Positions 53,590 through 64,000 of a DNA stretch of 64,000 nt are shown one piece after another. Position 1 is the first letter of the stretch. Every line of letters begins with the position of its first letter. A program made the translations under genes and the position numbers. Under the pieces are notes generated by a model. That model saw only the letters and a program-made list of their open reading frames with translations. It made no database searches and was not told the DNA's origin. The stretch spans positions 23,002,001-23,066,000 of the forward strand of contig NC_043013.1 of assembly GCF_006345805.1 (NCBI RefSeq), written 5' to 3'. Origin of the DNA: Octopus sinensis. Lineage: Eukaryota.

Positions 53590-54473
53590 ATTGTCAGCAT
53601 TTTTGTATCCACTTCTTCACATCTTTGTTTCTCTCGTCAAACCTTTGTCCCCTGTACTGGATCAAACAGGTGAAAGTTGAAGGGTACCAGATCCGATCTA
53701 TTCGGGGAATGTAGAACCACTGACCAGCCCATTGTCATGGTGAATGTGGATCGTTTACAGATTCTTGTTCTGTCTCCCTTTTAATGGTTTCCCTTGTCTT
53801 TTTGAGTGTTGCAATGTGCCGCTCGTTCTTTACGCTACAGCTACGTTCCAAAATATCAAGGAGAATGACGTTCATGCCATCCCAAAGAACAATCATCTAA
53901 GCTTTTGTATGACGATCACAGAGAAGCAATGTGGTACTATTCCATAGAATGAGTCTTCGTTTCCCGATCATAAAAATGCAACCACGAATCAATTCCTGTC
54001 TCCAGATCGGAAAAAAAATAACAAAACACTTGTTTTCATTGCCTTTGAGTAGATGAGAACAAACTGCCCCTATTTATCTCCTTCAAATTGAGAGTCAACA
54101 GCTGAGGTACACACTTTCTGATACCGAAAGTCTTCCACCATTGTAACGAGAGTCCAGTTATGCACTAGACTCACAGATTATGAATCGTATGTCTGCGCAA
54201 ATCGCTTCGTCCACTCGCTGGTGATTCGTGGCAGTGGTCACTGTTGGTGGTCTCCCACTGCTTGGCTTCTGAAGCCTTTTGTGAATATCAGACAGTCTGT
54301 ATCTTTCCTTCGTCAATAATTCAATGATGACGACACGTTGCTTCCGCTTGGAACCCTTTATTTGCCTGCAATGGAGAACAGGAAGAACATGTGAAATTTG
54401 AACGACATACGTCCGTTAATAAAAAAAAACAAAGTGACATTCATTTTCAGCATTACTTTCGGCACAACCCTCG
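53590..54473 (-). mobile_element. Heavily decayed mariner element
   Basis: Terminus (ta)cgagggttgtgccgaaagtaatg; remnants SGRPPTVTT, HDNG and PNRSDLVPFNFHLFDP (compare PYSPDLAPSDFHLFGP). Confidence 0.75.
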
Positions 54474-55216
54474 TAAATGCGAATACGTCTGTACGTAGTA
54501 TTTTAAGCCTGACTGATTGCCCGATAATACTCGATGCGCTATTCAAGCTCGTCCGACTGTTGTACCATCAGAAACATGAAACTTATTGTAGCTCACATTT
54601 AAATCCTCTGCATATCAAATGATATTCATCTCTCACTAAATGGAGAACTTTTTCTATTGATCCCGTCAATGACGGAACAGTACTCTATCTATTCATCTGT
54701 GTGTGTATGTGCGTGCGTGCGTATATGTGTGTGTGCATATATATGTGTGTGTGTATATATATATATATTGTATATTATATATATGTACACACACACAAAT
54801 ATGCCTACATACCTACCTACATATATACATACATACATACATACATACATACATACGTACGTACGTACATACATACATACATACATACATACATACATAC
54901 ATACATACATACATACATGCATGCATGCATACACACATTATAACGGCCATTAAGACAGAGATTTCACGCAGTCATTGCTTTTCCTTCTTCCAACGTGTAC
55001 AAACAGAAAACTGAATGTATTTACATTAGCCCATACTTTCACAGCAAGAGTTTAAAAACAGCAGATACACATCTATGCTATATATTATTATATTGTATGT
55101 CTGTCTTAAGTTGGTTTTAGATTGCCTGATAGAGGCAGTGTTATGCATAAACATGTTAGATATACAGACATTGATACATACATACATATACATACATATA
55201 TATATATATAATATAT

Positions 55217-55280
<64 letters not shown>

Positions 55281-55531
55281 GTATATATAATATATATATA
55301 TATATATAATATATATATATATATACTTATGTATATATGTATATATGCATATACGTATACAAATAGATATAAATACGTATATATATGCATGTGTGTGTAT
55401 GTATAGTTAACGTTTCTACATCAAATAGTATGTTGTGATTTAAGGGAGATTTAGCTACTCTTCTTAGCACGTCTAAGTACCATGAAGAAGTCCCATTGTT
55501 GATTATTACACTTTTTATGCGCATGCAGATG

Positions 55532-55578
<47 letters not shown>

Positions 55579-55869
55579 CTATGTTTGCGTGTGTATCTGT
55601 GTCTATGTGTGTGTTTCGCTGTGTATGTATATGCGTGGATGTTGGATAGAGAGAAAGTGCGAATCACAAAGACAGAGAGAGGATGAGCGAGAGAAAGAAT
55701 GAAAGCGACCAACGGATGCCCGCTACACACACAAAAACACTCTTCTACACACAAGACCAGACACACACACACACACACACACATACGTGTAAGCAATGTG
55801 TTTGCAACTGCAGTGAACAAACGAAATGGAAAGTATCCAACAAATAACGAGGGAAACATTTTGCTTTAT

Positions 55870-56215
55870 TATGGAAACGGGAAGAGCATCGCTTGGCTGC
55901 GACACGAAGGAGCATGGAAAGAGCGATGCTAGGAAGATCCTTGCAAGAGTATGGGGGAAAATGAGGTGATTCGAGAACGAAGCAGATGGAGCAGTGTGAA
56001 TGGCAGAACACCGAATGCGCAAATTCTGCTGAGCCGGACATGTCGTAAGATTCACAGACAACAGGTGGACCCATGCAGTTGCCGAGTGGTATCCAAGAGA
56101 TCAGAAAAGGGCCGCCACTCGCAAGGCCTCCACGGCGATGGGAACGAAATTTAGTAAAACAAAGAACTGGAGGCGCATCGTGACTAGCGGTGGATAACAA
56201 CATCCGATAATCTGG
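55870..56215 (+). mobile_element. RTE-type LINE 3' fragment
   Basis: *AGHVVRFTDNRWTHAVAEWYPRDQKR matches the RTE C-terminal WAGH..R..D.RW....W.P...KR pattern. Confidence 0.8.
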
Positions 56216-56395
56216 TCGACACAGTGATAAACATATGCAGAAAATATTCTTAAATATTTACGTAACAACAAACCTATACTGCATGGATATATACTAACCA
56301 TGTATAAAACTATTTTCTATTCACATACATATGATATATTGAGTAATCACTATTTTGTGCAAAAACACCAAAATATTATTATTATTATTATTATT

Positions 56396-56839
56396 CAGTA
56401 GTTTTATTTTTATAGCGTGCTTTCACTTCACTACCGAGCGCAGCTCTGTGTGCCTTAGGTATGTGCTGTGATTTGTTGTGATGCTCTGATGGTTATTGTA
56501 TGGAAAGTGTTCTGCGTAGGATGTGTACAGTGCCTAGTAGTGCAATTTTCTGTATGTTATATGTGTTTGTAAGTCCTGGTGTTTTTGTTATGTATTTGTC
56601 TGAATATTTTTTTATCATGCCTAATGCACCTACTATGATAGGAATTGTTTCTGTTTTTAGATTCCACATTCTGGTTACCTCTATTTCCAGGTCTTTGTAT
56701 TTTGAGAGTTTCTCCATTTCTTTTAGAGACACGTTGTCATCTGCCGGTATTGATACATCAATTAGAAAGCATTTTTTTTCTTCATGATCTCTGACAACTA
56801 TATCTGGTCTGTTGGCCTTAATTTTTCTATCTGTGTGTC

Positions 56840-56840
<1 letters not shown>
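56396..56840 (-). mobile_element. R4/Dong-clade LINE 3' end (restriction-like endonuclease plus 3'UTR) inserted in (TAA)n
   Basis: Intact frame NRPDIVVRD...LIDVSIP...EKLSKYKDLEIE...PIIVGALG (PD-D motif) with stop at 56493; TAA repeats on both sides. Confidence 0.92.
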
Positions 56841-56885
<45 letters not shown>

Positions 56886-57684
56886 TATTATTTAATGTCA
56901 CATGTTCTTTATGGTCATGCAATTGTGTAAAGCAAAATATTCTGTGTGAATCTATCCAAAATTAAGTAACAGTTCCTGGTTTAAGTCACTGAAAGAGCAT
57001 GGTTGAGAGCCTCCTCAGTCAAGTAACACTACTACACCTCACGCCTATGTTATGGAACCAACCGATCTGTTGCAGAGTGTGTTTAGAAATCAAGGATGCA
57101 TAAAACGAGCCCACAAACATCAGAAATAAGTTGAAGATGACACTAACTTCACACTAATCCTCGGATATCTGAGTAAGACCCCTGTCCCACATATATCTTA
57201 GCCCCTTATCACCATAAAAGGTTGAAAGAGATTGACATTTTTTTTTAAACCAGATCTCTGGACGTTGACGTCATAATTACAATATGGGGGAAATCTAAGT
57301 TTCTTTTGTATTAAGAACGATGATTCCGCAATTATTTCACAGAGTTACGTCAAAAAGTTTCGCCATGTCTAGCTCATTAGGTAATGAATAAAATCAGGTC
57401 AAATACTAAAAGCAAAATGAAAACAAGTCTGTTTTATATGTTATTTGAATTAACTTATTTGAATGTTCACATTTCAAAGTTAGCGTAGATACGAATACAT
57501 ATATTTGCGCGTTTTTCTGATTTAAACATTGCCGCCTCTCAGTCATTATATAAATTTTCGTGTTTATTTGCATTGTAAAGTACGTTTCTAATTGCCGCAA
57601 GACGTCGACCAATTTATTTGAATAGCAAATCATGGCAAACATCAATGTTGTTCTCACTTTTCCTTTTATTTCTTTTTTTTTTTT

Positions 57685-58280
57685 TTGTTTTACTCACTAG
57701 ACTGCGGCCATGCTGGAACACCACCTTGACGAAATTTTAATCGAATAAATCAACCCCTCAACCCCACTATTTATTTTTTAAAAGAGTAGTTCTTATTCTA
57801 TCGGTCTCTATAGCCGAACCGCTAATTTCGGGTATATAAACACACAAACACTGGCTGTCAAACGGTGGTGAGGGACAAACACACACACATACACAAACAC
57901 ACACATATGCACAAACACACACACATACACACACACACAGGTCGCGGTCTCAAAGTGACGAAAATATTTTGGCAAATTAAATTTAAATGCTGAAGTGAAT
58001 CGAACGGTTTTTGTGTGTTTTTAAATGGCTTATAAACACCTTCCACACAGCAATTGGTTTCGTTCCAGCACCACACAATCTCAGGTCAGGTCACTTGCTA
58101 TGCAAGTACATCTCCCTATATATATATATATAATGGGCTTATTTCAGTTTCCATCTACCAAATTCACTCACAATGCTTTGGTCGGCCCGAGGCTATAGCA
58201 GAAGACACTTGCCCAAGGTTCCACACAGTGGGACTGAACCCGGAACCATGTGGTTAGAAAGTAAACTTGTTACCACACCA
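57685..58280 (-). mobile_element. SINE family 1 copy with an approximately 180-bp foreign insert (57939-58117) in its microsatellite
   Basis: Both halves match 29640-30050. Confidence 0.8.
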
Positions 58281-58363
58281 TAGTTCCATGAATAATGTGT
58301 CCGTTGAAAAATATTTGCAAAATCACGCCACAAACATCATACACACATGTATGTATGTATGAT

Positions 58364-58597
58364 TCGCCATGACTGATCGTCGCTAACCACTAAACCTTTT
58401 TTTTTTTATTTTCTCTCCCTGTTTATTTCTATGTTCCTTTCTGCTGAAGAGCGTATGCTCGAAACGTAAAAGACTTTCTCACTTCCCGAGCGTTAAACTA
58501 ATACATCTGTTTGTTGTTTACACACCCGTCTTCGTCTTTTGTTTTGTTTTGATTTTTGTTGTTGTTTTGTTGTTGTCTTTTACTAAATTCCAACTAT
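58364..58597 (+). mobile_element. Family B element with a hammerhead variant at 58437-58472
   Basis: cttt-CTGCTGA-A-GAGC-GTAT-GCTC-GAAAC-GTA-aaag. Confidence 0.8.
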
Positions 58598-58600
58598 GTA

Positions 58601-58800
58601 ATGTGACCGCGTGCGTATCGTTGGCAATTTTCTTTCTCCGTCATCACTTCTTTGGACTTTTTCTATATTTCTGATGAAGAGCTTCGCTCGAAACGTGAAA
58701 TCCTCTTTCTTTTCTTTCCTTTCCTGAGCGTCCAATAACACTGTACTTATTCCACGTCCTCGCGTTGTTGTTTTTCTTGCTTGTTCATGTTTGGTTTGAC
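58601..58800 (+). mobile_element. Family A element with a minimal hammerhead at 58667-58701
   Basis: attt-CTGATGA-A-GAGC-TTC-GCTC-GAAAC-GTG-aaat. Confidence 0.8.
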
Positions 58801-59112
58801 TATGTATATATATATATATATATATATATCCTTGATTATGGTTTCTATAGTGAAAGAGGACGTTTTTTCTTTTTTTTTTTTTTTGTAGAGGATGGGGTCT
58901 CGTTTTATTCTCATGTTTTCTCACAAACCAGTGTCCTAGTTTTTAAATACATTTAGCGTTATGAATTGAATCTGAAAAATTCTGCCATTTCGATATACTT
59001 TAAAGCGTGAAACTATCAGTAGCGCATTGGTGATTGTGTTTATTAAATGATATTTATCTCTCACTGGACGGACTACATTTTTGTTGTTCCTACCTATAAT
59101 GGATCTGTAGAC

Positions 59113-59172
<60 letters not shown>

Positions 59173-59384
59173 TGTCTTATGCGTAGGTGTACATATTTGT
59201 CTATGCGTAAATGTGTGTATTTACTTATTTATTTTTGATCTATAGTCTTTAATTCTTGAATTTTGGGGGCGACTTCTATTAAATTCTTTTTATTACTTGC
59301 TATTTTCGACAAAGTCTTATACGCTTCGCTTTTTCACTCCCATCTACAGTATATTTTCTTCATGTTCATATCTTATATATATTT

Positions 59385-60113
59385 ATTTCTTTATTGCCCA
59401 CAGGGTGCTAAACATAGAGGGGACAGATAAGGACAAACAACGGGATTAAAGCGATAACATCGACCCCAGTGCATAACTGGTATTTATTAGGTTGTCCCAA
59501 AAATTCGTAAACACTTGCTAAAATTGAATTTTTACTCGCCAAGTACTAACAAAAACAACAAAAATTATTCCTCAAAATAAAGACCATTATTTTCCAAGAC
59601 TTTCTACGAACTTTTGGGACAACCTTATATTTAAAGGACGAAAGGCAAAGTCGACCTCGGTGGAATTTGAACTCAGAACGTAGCGGCAGACGAAATACCT
59701 ATTTCTTTACTACCCACAAGGGGCTAAACACAGAAGGAACAAACAAGGACAGACAAACAAATTAAGTCGATTACATCGACCCCAGTGTGTAACTGGTACT
59801 TAATTTACCGACCCCGAAAGGATGAAAGGCTAAGTCGACCTCGGCGGAATTTGAACTCAGAACGTAGCGGCAGACGAAATACCTATTTCTTTATTACACA
59901 CAAGGGGCTAAACACAGAGGGAACAAACAAGGACAGACACAGGTATTAAGTCGATTACATCGACCCCAGTTCGTAGCTGGTACTTAATTTATCGACCCCG
60001 AAAGGATGAAAGGCAAAGTCGACCTCGGTGGAATTTGAACTCAGAACGTAGCGGCAGACGTAATACCGCTAAGCATTTCGCCCGGCAGGCTAACGATTCC
60101 GCCAGCTCGTCTC
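59385..60113 (-). mobile_element. SINE family 2 trimer
   Basis: Units 59385-59699 (interrupted by a MITE), 59700-59883 (184 bp) and 59884-60113 (carries the tRNA head). Confidence 0.92.
59487..59627. mobile_element. Mariner-derived MITE nested in the SINE
   Basis: TIRs ttaggttgtcccaaaaattcgta and tacgaacttttgggacaacctta, each flanked by TA. Confidence 0.88.
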
Positions 60114-60990
60114 CCTATTACGGTGAAGTTCCCCTTGTACCTAACAGTGCATATACGCTTACTAATAAAGTCTATCTTTCTACCAAAATATCTATTCGCC
60201 ATTGTGGTTTTTCGGCATTCGTGACCTGAGAGCTTTGAACGGTCGTTCATATTCCGAATAATAAAAGACTGAATCATCGTCTTTGCACAAACAACAAAGC
60301 TCTACAAGACGCTGTGAGACTCTTTTACGCGTTTGTATTCGTGTTTACAGAAAACGCAGATGAAGTACATTAATCTCCGTTCTGCTCAGTTTTAATATAT
60401 TTTGTCAGCGTGAAACTAATGCTTTATACAACTACTAAAACGCGCGCGCTCGCATGTACACGCGCGCACGCATACACATTCACAAAAATCATGTATATAT
60501 ATATATATATCTTAATTTTATGTCCATGTGTGTTGGCATGCTTGTAATTGTGTGTACGCACATAAATAAAAACATGATAGGTAAGTGTGGAATTGTTGTT
60601 GAAGCGTGTGTATTGCAGAAAATCACGTTATCGATATGTCAGTCGCTTCTCCTCAAAAATTCTTCAGAATTCAACGAGGCGTGAAAAATTATTTCAGTTA
60701 CGGCTGCAGAGATATTCTTCGTTAAAAACCGTGTTCTTTCATTTTGACTAACTCATGCGAATAATTGAAAATTTGAATCTAACAAAGACAAAGTGGGGGG
60801 GGGTCAAAATATTTTCAATTCTATTTCCTCTTTGTTTTCCTAAATGATAATTTTTCTGTTTTAAGTAATGCCATTCACTACGTTTCCAATGATTTAAAAA
60901 GTTCTACTCAAAGAAACACAACTTCTGCATAGCCAATGTTAACCAATCGTAATTTCACAATTCCGAATATGCTACCGGTTTGATCTAGAC

Positions 60991-61196
60991 CAACGCTGCT
61001 CGACCGCGGCTCCCGTGGCCGCATGTGGCCTTTAAGCATTTTTCGGCGGCCCTGACGGTTTTCCCTCCATAGATATAATAAATTTTCTTTAATTGATTTG
61101 TGTTTTACTTTCGGAGGCTGCGCCCCCCCCCCCCTCCTCCTAAAAAACTCCAGGTTTGGGATCTGGCCCGGATATTAAAAAAGCTGGGGCCCACTA
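60991..61196. mobile_element. hAT (Charlie-like) MITE
   Basis: Subterminal ggccgcatgtggcc and aaaaaagctggggcccacta; 8-bp TSD atctagac/atcgagac (NTCTAGAN type). Confidence 0.7.
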
Positions 61197-61554
61197 ATCG
61201 AGACAATTAGAGTTTCCAATATCTTATCCGAATATAAATGAAGGAATGAAGCAACGAAGAGCTTCGACGTAATTGCTCGACTTGCAAGAAAAAGTCGCCG
61301 GATGACCACAATTTACATCACAGCCGCCTTAAAAAGCGTTTACGTTTTGTGAAGGGTGTCCGACACAAAATGGATGACGACACATTTTACGAACTCTGGG
61401 AGAGCGAGGATAAAGCGAACTACACAAGGGATTCCGAAGAAAGTACGGGTGATTATGCGACAGCGGCACGAAGAAGGATGAGGCAGTCAAGAAACTCCAG
61501 TCATTCCTTCGGGAGGGGGGAGACAACGTGAGGCTAACTACCCCAAGGAGGTGA

Positions 61555-62330
61555 TGGAAAGAATTAAGAGAAGAACAATTGTTTATAGGACGCTATCTTT
61601 GAAGACCAGAAAAATAGAGAAAGCGTCAATAGAGGGAATTGAAAAGGCATTATGGGTAAATTATGTATAAACGTTAAGCGCGGAAGAAAGTTTGGAGCGG
61701 TGGAGGCACAGTTTGTGGCTGAGAGCGATGCCAAGATGGACTCGGCGACCACCCTGCAGGCAAGCGGATTAGCTCAGCCACCATACCTCGGCAAAATAAT
61801 GATAAACGGGTTCGACCCGGAAATCGAACCAATGTGGCTAGTGGCGGCGGCGTTCGTCAACATAAAAGAAGAGGTGACACTGTTGGAGTTGGAAGAAAAC
61901 AGAACCCAGAACAGGTGCGGTAGGGGCGTGAGAGCAACAATCCAGGTCACACCAACAGGTATTGATAGCATACCGGAGTTCGTCATCCTTCCAGGTGATA
62001 CAAGAGTGAAAGTCGCTGTTCAGGGCAGAGTAGCAAAGTACTTTGGGTGTGGGGAAAAAGGGACACATAAGAAAAACGTGTCCCCAGGGCCTACAACCTG
62101 AAACACAGAGAGAAAGCCAGACGGAAGCCAGTGTGCAACAGCAGAGAACGGAAGAGGAGGAGAAGCAGGAGGAGGTGATGGTGGAGACAGAGATAGACAT
62201 ACACCGTCAACTTCAACGAATAAGGGGCCGAAGGAGAAGCAGTAGGAGGAGGAGACGGTGGGAGGGGAGAGAGTCACGACGGAAGAAGTAGCACTGTTGA
62301 CGGTGAATGGCGGGGGGGGGGAAGAGAAAA
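61555..62330 (+). mobile_element. LINE ORF1-like remnant with a zinc knuckle (Tx1/L1-like)
   Basis: Frameshifted ORFs KRGRKFGAVEAQF...VKVAVQGRVAKYFGCGEKG/HIRKTCP, followed by a charged tail. Confidence 0.7.
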
Positions 62331-62478
62331 AAGAAAATTATCCGTTCTTCCTCTCCCACAAACAAGAAAAAAGCCAAACATTACAAGACTTTACAAACAA
62401 GAATACACATGAACATTTAACAGAAACAAACGGAAAGAACAAAAAAAAAGAAAAGCAAAAAACACTAAGCATATATAT

Positions 62479-62853
62479 CTTTTCTACTCTTGGGGGAGGG
62501 GGCAGTCGATTAGACCGACCCCAGTACGCAACTGGTACTTAATTTATCGACCCCCTCCCCCGAAAGGATGAAAGGCAAAGTCGGCCTCGGCGGAATTTGA
62601 ACTCAGAACGTAGCGGCAGACGAAATACCTATTTCTACTTCTTTACTACCCACAAGGGGCTAAACACAGAGGAGACAAACAAGGACAGACAAACGGATTA
62701 AGTCGATTACATCGACCCCAGTGTGTAACTGGTACTTAATTTATCGACCCCGAAAGGATGAAAGGCAAAGTCGACCTCGGCGGAATTTGAACTCAGAATG
62801 TAGCGGCAGACGAAATACGGCTACGCATTTCGCCCGGCGTGCTAACGTTTCTG
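62479..62853 (-). mobile_element. SINE family 2 dimer
   Basis: Same internal junction gaaatacc|tatttc at 62629/62630. Confidence 0.9.
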
Positions 62854-62863
62854 CATATATATA

Positions 62864-63209
62864 TTCTTAACACAACGTTGGCTATATAAATAAATGAAGA
62901 GGAGGTTAATGTGTTCACACGATGTACTTCACACCAAGCAAAGTGTCAAAGAAAATCTCTAATAATTTGTTATTTTTTTTTAAATCTTCAATTATGTTGC
63001 CTGAATCGTGGGGCACGGATGACCATCATTTCATCTTTTCATTCATTAATCATACATTTACTCATTCGAGTCCTGTATCATCCCCTCTTTGTTAGTCCCT
63101 TGTGGATAATAATAAAAAATGAGAACGTTTTGGTTGTCTCATGAAATACGTCGTGTGAACACATTAACCTCCGCTTCGTTTATTTATACATCCAACATTG
63201 TGTTAAGGA
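62864..63209. mobile_element. Element bounded by imperfect inverted repeats of about 65 bp (MITE or Penelope-type inverted terminus)
   Basis: 62864-62930 is reverse-complementary to 63142-63209 (ggaggttaatgtgttcacacga and tcgtgtgaacacattaacctcc); TA flanks. Confidence 0.75.
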
Positions 63210-64000
63210 TATAGAAAGGAAACTAGAAAGGAAACCGAAATGTAGTTTCGACTCTATGAGGTATTCGGTTCCTCCTCTAAAGAATTCACCAAAATATATG
63301 AGGAAAGTATAGGAAAATATTCTTTAACGCTTTATGAAAATTTGGTCTTTTTTTCGTATACTGAAGTCAATAATTGTTTAATCATCTTTTAATATTGAGC
63401 CGTGGATCCCAGTAAGGGTCGTTAGTTATTAGCAACACGACGGGCTTCCGTACTGTTTTAAAATATAATATAATGAAATTATTGTATACAGTGCTCAGGT
63501 GCACCACAACTTGTCAGAAAGTGCATATAAAGTACATGGAGTAATGTAAAAATGTCTGAAAAGCGAACAATATATGGGTCAGATACATGCATATTTCACC
63601 CACAAAATATTGGTCAACATTGTGGATTTCATCCCTTCTCAGTATATTTGACTTTAACCGAGATTTCGTATTATACGAGTAAATAAAATTAAGATGACTC
63701 GACTAAGATCCAAACTTGTGTCCTAGCTTTGGTTCGCTGAGTGCTTACCTCTTGCCAGAAACATCACAAAAGCCATTATGCTTGACATAAAAGCCATTAC
63801 ACCCAAAATTATTCGTCGACAAAAACGATATTTTTATGCAGTTGTTTTTAATGTGGATCTTTTTTACTATTTCTGCCATATCAAGAAAATTTTTTCGTCA
63901 TTGTTCGTATTGTTGAAATCAATTGAACTTGAGAAATAAAATGCATTTAGCATCGAATCTGTTCGTGAGATGGTGACATAATTGAGAAAAGGACATGATA

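Noticed and set aside
59385-60113. Regularly spaced repeats resembling a CRISPR array
   Set aside because: Whole units repeat with no unique spacers; eukaryotic SINE context and no cas genes.

Overview
Eukaryotic, AT-rich animal DNA saturated with microsatellites, with a 100-N gap at 19331-19430. The tRNA-derived SINE families and repeat landscape suggest an octopus or other cephalopod genome (inference). Most ORFs in the track are translations of (TA)n, (CA)n, (GATA)n, (TAA)n and (GGT/GAT)n repeats and are not genes. One credible host gene is visible: an acidic, low-complexity single-pass membrane protein exon at about 14880/15125-15890, with candidate small downstream exons. The rest is transposon debris: RTE, Tx1/L1-like and R4/Dong LINE fragments, a Penelope-like remnant, mariner/Tc1 relics, MITEs and three SINE families. 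Three observations stand out. (1) Several families of short non-coding elements sit in or beside TA repeats and carry type I hammerhead ribozyme folds of the Penelope-associated kind: one full-length canonical fold, several minimal dimer-type folds and a U3-A8 covariant. (2) One SINE occurs as head-to-tail multimers that always rejoin at the same point in the loop of its tRNA-derived hairpin, two of them within single target-site duplications. (3) The tail of that SINE matches the 3' end of a Tx1/L1-like LINE flanked by GATA repeats.
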